Below, in pieces: positions 49,048 to 58,314 of a stretch of 64,000 bases of DNA. The position numbers and the translations under genes are program-made. The notes beneath the pieces are model-generated. The model had not been told where the DNA came from. It ran no database searches and was given only the letters and a program-made list of their open reading frames with translations. This DNA comes from Planctomycetota bacterium (lineage in GTDB: Bacteria; Planctomycetota; UBA1135; UBA2386). Positions within the stretch are counted from its first letter, which is position 1, and the number at the start of each line of letters is the position of its first letter. Location of the stretch: assembly GCA_965228735.1 (NCBI GenBank), contig OZ245838.1, forward strand, positions 3,904,001-3,968,000, given 5' to 3'.

Positions 49048-49605
49048 ATGATCTGCACCAGACCAGGAGTGGCAGCGATGCTGCTCGTAACCCTTCTCAG
49101 CGGCTGCGAGTCCGAGGCCCACGGGACCAGTATCGGCACCGGACCCGTCGAGAACGCCGTCGCCGTGATCCGACCGGTCGGCGACAGCAACGTCCGCGGC
49201 ACCGTGCGGTTCGAACTGACCACCGCGGGCGTGAAGCTCACGGGTCAGGTGACCGGCCTCACTCCGGGCAAGCACGGCTTCCACATTCACGAGTTCGGCG
49301 ATCTCACGAACGCGCAGGACGGTTCCTCCGCCGGCGGCCACTACGCTCCGCGGGGCCGCGCCCACGGCCAACCGACGGCCAGAGAACGCCACTTCGGCGA
49401 TCTCGGCAACATCGAGGCCGACGCCAACGGCATCGCCAAGATCGACATGACCGACAAACTCATCGAGCTCGGCGGCGTGCACTTCATCGTCGGCCGGGCC
49501 GTCGTGGTCCACGCGGGCGAGGACACGTTCGGGCAGCCGACCGGCGACGCCGGCGACCGCGTCGGCTTCGGCGTCATCGGCGTCGCCAGCGGCAACGGCA
49601 ACTGA
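49048..49605 (+). CDS. sodC: Cu/Zn superoxide dismutase, lipoprotein
   Basis: Lipobox LLSGC; HGFHIH, SAGGHY, AHG, RHFGDLGN, VVHAGED. Confidence 0.92.
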   Translation: MICTRPGVAAMLLVTLLSGCESEAHGTSIGTGPVENAVAVIRPVGDSNVRGTVRFELTTAGVKLTGQVTGLTPGKHGFHIHEFGDLTNAQDGSSAGGHYAPRGRAHGQPTARERHFGDLGNIEADANGIAKIDMTDKLIELGGVHFIVGRAVVVHAGEDTFGQPTGDAGDRVGFGVIGVASGNGN

Positions 49606-49773
49606 GTCACTCCATGCGCCGTGACGACCCGTCCCCCGGCAACATGACGACCGAGCGCCCGCGCGAGGTCATCGAGGTGCTCGCCAACCGAATCGGCGTG
49701 CGGGACGAGGAAGTCTCGCGCCGCCTGGCCGAGCTGCACAGCTGGTAAACGCCACACCCCGAACCGCTCAGCC

Positions 49774-50133
49774 ATGATCACCCTCATCGTCATCGGTGCG
49801 ATCTACGTCGTGCTCGGCATCTGGTGCACCGTCACCCCTCGGGCCGCGGCAAAGGCGGTCGGATTCGAGCTGCCCGGCCCCGGCGGGATGTCCGAGTTCA
49901 TCACGGTCTACGGCGGGATCGAGGTCGGACTCGGCCTCGCCATGATCCTGACCGCCCTCGACCCGCAGCTGCGCCGGGGCGGCCTCGCCTTCGCCCTCGT
50001 CTTCTCCGCGATGCTGCCGCTGTTCCGCCTGCCCACGGTGATCGTCCTGCCGGTGCCGCGGTCGTGCTACTGGTTGCTCGCCGTCGAGATCACGCTCGCG
50101 GTCGCGCTCCTCATCGCCTGGTTCCGTCGCTGA
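49774..50133 (+). CDS. DUF4345-like membrane protein
   Basis: Four TMs, G.SEF.TVYGG.E.GLG. Confidence 0.7.
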   Translation: MITLIVIGAIYVVLGIWCTVTPRAAAKAVGFELPGPGGMSEFITVYGGIEVGLGLAMILTALDPQLRRGGLAFALVFSAMLPLFRLPTVIVLPVPRSCYWLLAVEITLAVALLIAWFRR

Positions 50134-50202
50134 GCACGCCGGGTCGGATCGAGCTCGACTTGAAGACTCCGGTCGGATCGACACACTAGCGTTGGCGGCG
50201 CC

Positions 50203-50886
50203 GTGTCGAACTTCCCCCTCTCCTCGCTCTTCGTCACCCTGCCCTGGCGCGAAACGCTGTGGCGGCTGCCGCAGGTCGTGCTCGGACTGTGGTTGTTCGG
50301 CACTGGGATCGCGCTCATGGTGCTGGCGGACTTCGGACTGCCGCCGTGGGACGTGTTCCATCAGGGCATCGCGCGCACCGCGGGCCTCAGCCTCGGCACC
50401 GTCATCATCATCACGGGCGTCATCCTCGTCCTGGCCTTCATCCCGCTGCGCGAACGGGTCGGGCTGGGCACGCTGCTCAACGCAGTCCTCATCGGGGTCT
50501 CCGTCGACACGACGCTCGCGTGGGTCGCGCGCCCCGAGAGTCTCGCGCCGCGTCTCGTGTTCTGCGCGCTCGGACCGGCCGTCGTCGGGCTCGCGTCGGG
50601 GCTCTACATCGGCGGTGGTCTCGGCCCCGGGCCGCGCGACGGTCTGATGACGGGCTTCAGCAAGCGTGGCTTCACGACGTGGAAGGTGCGCACGACGATC
50701 GAGCTCAGCGTGCTGGTCATCGGCTTCTTCCTCGGCGGTTCGATCGGCCTCGGCACGGCGTGGTTCGCGCTCAGCGTCGGACCGTTCGTGCAGTTCTTCC
50801 TGCGGCGGCTGGCGCGCGAACGGGCGAACGCGGCGGAACCGGCTGGTGACGGGCTCGTATCGATGCGCGACCAGGACAGCACATGA
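50203..50886 (+). CDS. YczE/YyaS/YitT family membrane protein
   Basis: GLPPWDVFHQG, GLGTLLN, GPGPRDGLM, R..IE, G.IGLGT. Confidence 0.85.
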   Translation: MSNFPLSSLFVTLPWRETLWRLPQVVLGLWLFGTGIALMVLADFGLPPWDVFHQGIARTAGLSLGTVIIITGVILVLAFIPLRERVGLGTLLNAVLIGVSVDTTLAWVARPESLAPRLVFCALGPAVVGLASGLYIGGGLGPGPRDGLMTGFSKRGFTTWKVRTTIELSVLVIGFFLGGSIGLGTAWFALSVGPFVQFFLRRLARERANAAEPAGDGLVSMRDQDST

Positions 50887-51878
50887 CACGACCCACCACC
50901 GTTGGCGGCGCGCTCGCACTCGCGCTCGCTTGCCAATCGCCGCTCGCCGGGCAAGAACGCGCCGCCCGTGCCCCCGAGGCTCTGACGCAGATCCACCAGG
51001 AGTTCGAGCGCGTCCACCGCGCGTGGATCGCCGACCTGAGTCGCGGCGAGCCGATCGCAGCGGCGCCGAGCAAACCGTTCGTCGATCGCTGCCTGCGCGC
51101 GGCCAAGACGGTGCAGGGCACGGCCGACGCGGTGCCGTATCTCGTCTGGATCCTGCAGCACGGCGTCGACGAGAAGGCGTCGATGCAGCAGGCGCTCACC
51201 GCGATGGTCGAGAACCACGCCGACAGTGCGGCATGGGCGGATGTCATCGACGTCCTGCTGGCGCTCGAGCCGATCGTCGGCGAGAAGGCCGTCGCCGTAG
51301 CGCTCGCGACGATCATCGATCGAACGCCACACGCCGAAGTCGAAGCGCGCGCCCGCTTCGTGCGTGGCATCCGCGCGTTGCGGAATCGTGAGTCCGACGA
51401 TCGGCATGCCGGTCATCGCGACCTGACCGCGGCGTTCGATCGCAGCGCGGACCCGGAGCTGCGAGGCCGGGCCGAAGCGTTCCGCGCGCCGGTTCCGGAG
51501 CCGCTGGTGATCATCGACGATCACGACAAGGCCCGGCGGATGGCTGCCCGCGAGGGCAAGCTGCTGCTGCTGACGTTCAGCGGGTTCAACTGCGCGTCGT
51601 GCCGCGTCATGGAGCAGCACGTCCTCGGTCAGTCGACGATCCGGGAACGACTCGCCGAGCGCTTCATCGAATCCCGCCTCCACGTCGACACCCGCTCCAC
51701 GCTGACCGAAGCGACGTTCGCGAGAAACCGCGAGGTGCGGGCCCGATACGGCAACAAGCTCGCGATACCGACCTACTTCGTCGTCGATCCGCGGACGGGC
51801 CGGCCGCTCCGGCACCACGAGTTGACGGGCGGCCCCGGCGGGTGGACGAAGGACTTCCTCGCGTTCGTGAGTCGGTAG
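50883..51878 (+). CDS. Secreted protein with C-terminal thioredoxin-like domain
   Basis: Signal peptide; FSGFNCASCRVME (CxxC), F....LHVD, AIP. Confidence 0.75.
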   Translation: MTRPTTVGGALALALACQSPLAGQERAARAPEALTQIHQEFERVHRAWIADLSRGEPIAAAPSKPFVDRCLRAAKTVQGTADAVPYLVWILQHGVDEKASMQQALTAMVENHADSAAWADVIDVLLALEPIVGEKAVAVALATIIDRTPHAEVEARARFVRGIRALRNRESDDRHAGHRDLTAAFDRSADPELRGRAEAFRAPVPEPLVIIDDHDKARRMAAREGKLLLLTFSGFNCASCRVMEQHVLGQSTIRERLAERFIESRLHVDTRSTLTEATFARNREVRARYGNKLAIPTYFVVDPRTGRPLRHHELTGGPGGWTKDFLAFVSR

Positions 51879-51904
51879 CCCCGGATCGCCGTCGCTTGCT
51901 CGGC

Positions 51905-52990
51905 CTATCGATCGAGCGACCGCAGCGCCGCCGCGGCCCGCTTCTGCAGCCGCGCGTCCGACGACGATCGCAGCTCGCGCAGCCGCTCGATCACGACCAC
52001 GCGCCGATCCCCGAGGCGACCCAGGGTCGAGACGGCCTCTTCGGCGACGCGCAGGTCCGCATCGTCCGTCGCCTCGACCACCGCGGGCACGACGTCGAAC
52101 GCGTCGGGTGCCAGCGATGGCGTCATCGCCATCAGCGCCCGCAGCCGTTCGTCCGGGCAATCGGCGAGCAGGAGCAGCGTGAGTCCGCGCCGCGCCTCGA
52201 CTCGCGCCGGGTCGATCCGCGCGATCGCGATCGCGGCGGCGTCGCGCACGAGATCGTGGAAGTCCGCGGTCAGGGAGCCGACGCCCTTGCGGCGCGTCAC
52301 GCGCGGGTGCTTCTCGGTGCGCTCGGTTTCGATCAGGACATCGATCGCCGGCGCCGCGGCCGCGCCGAGTCGGCCGAGGTGCTCGGCCGCGAAGCGCCGG
52401 CGCAGCGGGTCTTCGCCGCGCAGGTCGCGCGCGAGCGCGTCGACGTCGTCCGTGGCGGTCCACGAGAGTCGCTGGTGCACGTCGTACCAGAGTCGCATCT
52501 TGTCGACCCAACGCCTGAATCGTGCGAGCGGTTGTCCGCCCGGCGAACGGATCTCGATCGCCCGGACCGTCGCGATCATCCGTTCCTTGTCGGTGACGCC
52601 CGGGACGAGCTGCGCCACCGTGATGAGCAACGCCACGTCGTCGCGCGAGATGTCGCGCGCGACGTGATCGAGGAGCGTCGGCACCACGGCGTCGGCCACC
52701 GCCGGTCCGATGAGGCGCAGGCACCGCAACGCGCGCATCCGACGCCGGGCTCCGAGCTCGGACTGATCGCCGAAGTCACCGAGAACTGCGAGCAGTCCGG
52801 GAACCGCGCGCGGCCCCGCGTCGACGAGAGCGCCGAACGCCGCACGATCGAAGCGCTCGGCCTCGATCACGACCCGAACCTCGCTCGTCGCGAGCGGCGG
52901 CTCGACCGACCCCTCCTGGGCCGAACAGAGCGGCAGCAGCGCCGACGACACCGCTGGCAGCAACCACGCTCGAGAACGGTGTCCGAACAT
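51905..52990 (-). CDS. Secreted HEAT-repeat protein
   Basis: Signal peptide; RRFAAEHLGRLG, VRDAAAIAI, VAEEAVSTLGRLG. Confidence 0.7.
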   Translation of the reverse strand: MFGHRSRAWLLPAVSSALLPLCSAQEGSVEPPLATSEVRVVIEAERFDRAAFGALVDAGPRAVPGLLAVLGDFGDQSELGARRRMRALRCLRLIGPAVADAVVPTLLDHVARDISRDDVALLITVAQLVPGVTDKERMIATVRAIEIRSPGGQPLARFRRWVDKMRLWYDVHQRLSWTATDDVDALARDLRGEDPLRRRFAAEHLGRLGAAAAPAIDVLIETERTEKHPRVTRRKGVGSLTADFHDLVRDAAAIAIARIDPARVEARRGLTLLLLADCPDERLRALMAMTPSLAPDAFDVVPAVVEATDDADLRVAEEAVSTLGRLGDRRVVVIERLRELRSSSDARLQKRAAAALRSLDR

Positions 52991-52997
52991 GGAACCC

Positions 52998-54377
52998 CTA
53001 CCGCAACGCCCGCACGCGCCAGTTGCGCAGCTCGATCGGCAGCGAGTGATCCTGGAAGCCGATCGCGCCGGTGCGCGGACGGTCCGCGATCTTGCTGTGG
53101 TCGAGCGGCATGGCCTGCACGAGCTTGCCGTTCAGGGTGACATGGAACGTGCCGTCCTCGACGAGGACGTGCATGTGATTCCACTCGCCGATCGGGCGCG
53201 ACGCGTTCCTGTTCGGCGGACCACCGGGAATGATCCCACCCGCGTCGTGGTCCGTGAGGCGGTCCTGCGGCTTGTCCACGGGCGTCGCGTAGAGCTGGAC
53301 CTCGACGCCGGTCGCCACGGGCTTGCTACGGTCGCCGACGTGGAAGTAGAAGCCGCTGTTACCGCCCTCCTGCAGGCGATACTCGAACTCGGCCTCGAAA
53401 TCACCCCACTCGCCCTCGCTCCAGAGGTAGTGGTCGAAGCGGCGCCAGCCGCGCTCGCCGTCGCGCGGCGTCAGGGTCGCGACGCCGTCCGCGAGGCTCC
53501 AGTTGCCCTTCGTCTCGCAATGCGCCGACAGCGCCTCGCCGCCGAGCGGTCGCAACCACGGGCCGGGCTCGTCGAGCTCGAGCAGTTCGACCTTGCGGAA
53601 CTGCACGGGATGGCTCTCGGACTGCAGCGAAATCGTGCCGCGCGTGAGCAGCTTGTCGCGACCGTCCGCGAGCAGCTTCTTCGCGTCGCCATCGCGCGGA
53701 TCGAGCTGCGGATCGTCGTAGGCCAGCACCGTGTCGCCGTCGATCACGTGCCGGAACGTGTTGCCGCGGACGATCACCTCGACGGTGACCCAGCCGTCGC
53801 CACGGAACGTCGCCGAGCTCGAGTCGAGACAGTGCCGCGTCCACAGCTTGCCATCGCGCACGACGTTGGTTCCCGGCGTGCAGAGGTTGGCCGTCGAACG
53901 CTTGCCCTTCTCCCGGCCGCCGAGCAGCTGCACCTCGATCGACGCGGGGAAGTCCTGGTCCTGGCCCATGGTCGCGAGCGGCTGTCCGTGCAGCATCAGA
54001 CCGCTGTTGCGGAACGCCCAGCCCGGACCGCCCTTCACCTGGTCGCCAGTGAACCGATACTCGGCGCGCAGCCGGTAGCTGCCGAACTCCGACTCGTAGA
54101 ACAGGTGCCCGAAGCGGTTCTCGAACGTCTCGTAGGCATCGTACGCCACGGTCAGCAGACCGTCCTCGACGCGGAACGTCGAACCGAAGTTCTCGCCCGC
54201 GGGATAGCCGCGGATCTTCGGCGTCCAGCCCGTGAGGTCCTCGCCGTTGAACAGCTGGCGCCACTCGCGCGTCGGCGCTCGCTCCTCTCCCGCTCGCCCC
54301 TGGGCAAAGGAGGTGCCGATCGTGGCCAGCACGGCGAGGGCGGCGAGGCCCGGAACGTTCGAGAGCGCGGCGATCAT
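52998..54377 (-). CDS. Tandem DUF1080 (3-keto-disaccharide hydrolase-like) protein
   Basis: LFNGEDLTGW, NSG, EVQL, ISLQSE; second domain GGNSG, EVQ, GEWN, IGFQDH. Confidence 0.9.
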   Translation of the reverse strand: MIAALSNVPGLAALAVLATIGTSFAQGRAGEERAPTREWRQLFNGEDLTGWTPKIRGYPAGENFGSTFRVEDGLLTVAYDAYETFENRFGHLFYESEFGSYRLRAEYRFTGDQVKGGPGWAFRNSGLMLHGQPLATMGQDQDFPASIEVQLLGGREKGKRSTANLCTPGTNVVRDGKLWTRHCLDSSSATFRGDGWVTVEVIVRGNTFRHVIDGDTVLAYDDPQLDPRDGDAKKLLADGRDKLLTRGTISLQSESHPVQFRKVELLELDEPGPWLRPLGGEALSAHCETKGNWSLADGVATLTPRDGERGWRRFDHYLWSEGEWGDFEAEFEYRLQEGGNSGFYFHVGDRSKPVATGVEVQLYATPVDKPQDRLTDHDAGGIIPGGPPNRNASRPIGEWNHMHVLVEDGTFHVTLNGKLVQAMPLDHSKIADRPRTGAIGFQDHSLPIELRNWRVRALR

Positions 54378-54859
54378 GGCCGCACAGTATCGCCTCGCGC
54401 GCGGATCGCCCGCCTCACCCCGGCATCTCGTTCCGGCGCGAGGTGGTCGCGAGGTGTTCGGGGTCGCGCGGCGGCCGGATGTAGAGCCACCAGTAGACCG
54501 GCATCGCGATCCGCGGGATCACCGAGGTGACGATGGACACGGGCAGGCAACGCCGGATCAGGTCGACGAGTTGCCCGGGGTCGGCCGAGCCGCCGCCAGC
54601 GTGAAGAATCCGATCGCCATCAGAACGGTGGTCCAGACGAGTCCGACCGCTGGCGCGAAACTCAGGAAGCCGAGCAGGAACTCGAGGGGGTGCTCATCGA
54701 TGCACGCTCGTGTCCATCATCGAGCACCGCAGCTCGATAGCCCAGGGCACCCGGTTCGGTCTCGATCTGGCGGCAGTGAATGCACCCGCCTAACGTGGCG
54801 GATCATGCGATCGCCTCAGCTCTCCCTGTGGCTCTCGGCAACGGTGCTCTGGGTCCTCT

Positions 54860-55088
54860 GGCATGGGCGGCCGCCAGGCCATGGGCGGAGATCCTGACCC
54901 ACGACCCACACGCACGCGCGATCGTGGCGAGCGGCTACTCGGACGACCCGACGATGGCGGACTTCCGCGCTGCCGGATTCCAGGCCGCGCTGGCCAAACC
55001 GTTCCGGCTCTCCGATCTCGCCCAGGCGGTCAACGCGGTGATCCGGCAGGACGGCAGCCTCCTGCGAACGAACGAGCCCGAGAGCTGA
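54860..55088 (+). pseudogene. Frameshifted C-terminal remnant of a receiver (REC) domain
   Basis: GMGGRQAM, extra G near 54884, then [27 protein letters not shown]...KPF. Confidence 0.7.
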
Positions 55089-55168
55089 CCCGGGGTCGAA
55101 ACCCGCGGATAGCTGGCGGCCACGGCCGGAAGCGGACGCTGTGGGGGCGAACCCGACTCCTCAGAACC

Positions 55169-57673
55169 GTGCGCTCCACCAGAATCATCGCTCTCTTCGC
55201 CGTGTTCGCCGCCCTCGCCATGGGCGTCACGGTGCCCGCCCAGGTCATCGTGACGCTCTCCGGCGATGTCTACGACGGCAACGGCGGACCGCTCACGACC
55301 GGCACGTATCACTGCCAGAACATCCGCGTGCCTGCCGGTGAGACCCTGACGCTCTCGGGCGTGAACCTGAAGTTCCACGACAACCGCACGTTCACCGTGG
55401 ACGGCGTCGTCGACGCGAGCCAGGGCGCGTTCCTGACGTCGGTGCACGACGACGCGGTCGGCGGCGACACCAACGGCAATGGTGCAGCGACCGTGCCGCA
55501 GCGCGGGGACTGGCAGGGCGTGCGCTTCGGATCGACCGCGGGCAACTCGATCCTCAACGCGTCGATCCGTTACGCCGGTCGCGGCGGCAACCCGGGTCTC
55601 GTGATCAGCAACCCGGCATGCGAGCTGTCCATGACCAACGCGGTCATCGGTGACATCGGCGGCGATGGCGCCCATCTCGGCAGCTCGCGACCGATCTTCA
55701 ACAACCTGCTCGTGGCCAACTGCGGCGGCGTCGCGATGAAAGGCGCGCTGCCGATGCTCGATCGGATCGTCAACTGCAGTGCGTTCAACTGCGCTGGCGG
55801 CAACTACATCGCGCGGCTCACCGCGCAGGGTGGCGGCCCGCAATGGCCGGCCGGCACGCCGAGTGTGACGTTCGGGCCGCAGCACACGCTCAACGGCAGC
55901 GGCGTCATGGTCGTCGATGGCGTGATCAACGTGCCCGTCGGCAACACGCTGAGGTTCGGGCCCGGCGTCGACCTCAAGCTCACGAGCAACGGCGGCTTTC
56001 TCGTTCGCGGTGGATTCGAGGCCGAAGGCACGGCGAACGATCCGGTGACGTTCACGTCGCTGCTGGACGACACGGTCGGTGGCGACACCAACCTCGACGG
56101 CTCGGCGACGAGTCCGGCACCCGGTGACTGGCGCTCGATCCGGTGCGACAACGCGGCCGGCAACCTGGCGTTCACGGACGCCGAAGTGCGCTATGCCGGC
56201 GGCTCGTTCAGCTTCGGCGGGGCGATCCTCGTCGGCACCGGGCGTTGCGACGCGCTGCGCACCGTCGTGCGCGACACGATCGGTTTCGGCATCGACTTCG
56301 GCGTCACCTCGACGTCGAGCACCAGCTTCTCGTCGGTCCAGGACTGCACCTTCGTCGACCTCACGGACTTCGGCATCCACGATGCGCCGCTCGACGACCT
56401 GCCGGACCACCGCGGCAACATCGCGTCGGGCACGACACCGGCGCTGACCTCGATCCAACCGCTGCTGCGGCGCGACACGACGGTCGAACGCGAGAATCTG
56501 ATCCACGGCGTCGGGCAACCGACCGGCACGTTCTCGGTGCCAGGCGGCCGCCGCCTCGTGATCCTCGGCGGCACGGCGTGGAAGCTGCGATCGAACAGCT
56601 CACTGTCGACCAACACCGGCACCATCGAACTGCGGGGCTCGCCCGACGCGCGGATCGTGCTCACCTCCGAGCACGACGACACCGTCGGCGGCGACACCAA
56701 CGGCAATGGTAGCGCGACGACGCCGGCGACCGGCGACTGGACCGGCATCGCGCTCAACGGCTCGACCGACTCGTTCGTGCGGTTCATCGACGTTCGCTTC
56801 GCGACGACGGGCATCCGCAACAACTCGAACCAGACCAGCGTCGGGTGCGTGCAGCTGCTGCGCTGTCGCGACGGGCTGTGGTTCTCGCAGCACCAGGGAC
56901 CGCTCGACAACATCGTCGCCGCGAGCTGCACCCGCGACGGGATCCGGATCGGCGGCAACGGCTACGATCTGCGGCACGCCTCCGTCGAAGGCAGCGGCGC
57001 GCTCGGCATCGTCGCCTCGAACTTCAACGGCAGCGTCCGCAACTCGATCGCCTGGAACAGCACGACGGCCAACTTCTCCGGCCTGGCAGCGGCGCAGGTG
57101 TTCTCGTCCTGCGGCGACTTCGCCGGGCAGAACGGCAACATCGCGGTCGATCCGCAGTTCGCCGATCCGGACACGCTGACGCTGCTCTCGTCGTCGCCCT
57201 GCCGTGACACCGCCGCGCTGGCGCCGGCGATCCAGGTCGGCTACGACGTCGAGGGCCGCTCCCGCGTCGCCGCGTTCAACTTCGGCAGCGTCGCGCTGCC
57301 CGACATGGGCGCGCACGAGCTCGTGAGCTGCCGGCTCACGACCGACAACCCGCTGCCGCGCATCGGCGAGACCGTGACGTTCCAGGTCGTGCCCGACAGC
57401 CCCGTCAACCAGGGCGCCGCGCTGATCGGCGCGGGCCTCGGCCACACCCGCGGCCTCGCGTTCGTGCCGCCGTTCGGGGTCGCCAACGCGGGCTTCCCGC
57501 AGCTCGTGCTGCTCGGCGTCGGACCGAACACGATTCCGACGGCGTTCGCACTGCCGACCAACCCGACGTTCGCGGGGATCGAGCTGTCGATCCAGGGCCT
57601 GCTGCTGCCGAACGCGCTGCCGAACCGCGGCAGCTTCACGAACGTCGCGCAGCTGCGGTTGCTCGCGCCGTAG
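55169..57673 (+). CDS. Secreted beta-helix-like protein with three TS..DD.VGGDTN repeats and C-terminal beta domain
   Basis: Signal peptide; 3x [36 protein letters not shown]. Confidence 0.8.
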   Translation: MRSTRIIALFAVFAALAMGVTVPAQVIVTLSGDVYDGNGGPLTTGTYHCQNIRVPAGETLTLSGVNLKFHDNRTFTVDGVVDASQGAFLTSVHDDAVGGDTNGNGAATVPQRGDWQGVRFGSTAGNSILNASIRYAGRGGNPGLVISNPACELSMTNAVIGDIGGDGAHLGSSRPIFNNLLVANCGGVAMKGALPMLDRIVNCSAFNCAGGNYIARLTAQGGGPQWPAGTPSVTFGPQHTLNGSGVMVVDGVINVPVGNTLRFGPGVDLKLTSNGGFLVRGGFEAEGTANDPVTFTSLLDDTVGGDTNLDGSATSPAPGDWRSIRCDNAAGNLAFTDAEVRYAGGSFSFGGAILVGTGRCDALRTVVRDTIGFGIDFGVTSTSSTSFSSVQDCTFVDLTDFGIHDAPLDDLPDHRGNIASGTTPALTSIQPLLRRDTTVERENLIHGVGQPTGTFSVPGGRRLVILGGTAWKLRSNSSLSTNTGTIELRGSPDARIVLTSEHDDTVGGDTNGNGSATTPATGDWTGIALNGSTDSFVRFIDVRFATTGIRNNSNQTSVGCVQLLRCRDGLWFSQHQGPLDNIVAASCTRDGIRIGGNGYDLRHASVEGSGALGIVASNFNGSVRNSIAWNSTTANFSGLAAAQVFSSCGDFAGQNGNIAVDPQFADPDTLTLLSSSPCRDTAALAPAIQVGYDVEGRSRVAAFNFGSVALPDMGAHELVSCRLTTDNPLPRIGETVTFQVVPDSPVNQGAALIGAGLGHTRGLAFVPPFGVANAGFPQLVLLGVGPNTIPTAFALPTNPTFAGIELSIQGLLLPNALPNRGSFTNVAQLRLLAP

Positions 57674-57777
57674 ACACTGCTTGTAGGTCCAAGAACCGCG
57701 CGCGTCCTCGACCGCGAGTGCCGCCGGTTGCGCGGGCGCGGAGTCCCGGGGAGGATGCCCGGACAAACGCGAACGCC

Positions 57778-58176
57778 ATGGGCATCTCCGATTGGTGGAA
57801 ACGGGCGTCGGGCACGGCCGACGTCGCGATCCTCGCCCGCGACCTGATGGCGCGGGCGCGGCTCGCGCAGCGCATGGGCGATCTCGAGTTCGAACCGGCC
57901 GGCCTGTTGCTTGCCAAGGGGGCCGGGCGCAGACACCGTCGGCTGCGAACGCTGCTCGTGCAGCTCTCGGGCCACGAGTCGATCGACGAAGAACGCTACG
58001 ACCTCGTGCCGCGCGATCGGCTCGGCGAGCTGATCGCCAGCTGCACCGCCGGGACCGAGCGCAACGACCTCACGAGCCGGCTCGCGGGTCTGGCAGCCGA
58101 ACGCTTCGCGGTGCTCGTCGGACGCGGCGACGGCGCCATCGAACTGCACGACTTCGACTGGCCCGAGTCGTCGTAA
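57778..58176 (+). CDS. Hypothetical protein
   Basis: GC3-biased ORF MGISDWWKR...HDFDWPESS. Confidence 0.45.
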   Translation: MGISDWWKRASGTADVAILARDLMARARLAQRMGDLEFEPAGLLLAKGAGRRHRRLRTLLVQLSGHESIDEERYDLVPRDRLGELIASCTAGTERNDLTSRLAGLAAERFAVLVGRGDGAIELHDFDWPESS

Positions 58177-58314
58177 TCGAGGACGCCGAAGCGGGTAAGA
58201 CCGCACCAGCCATGCTGGCCGCCAAGCTCCGCGGCATCTTCACGGTGGCTTCGACCCGCGCTCGCAGTCCGTGCTCTATCCTGGCTGTCTCTCAAGGAGA
58301 CCCCCCCTACAGCC

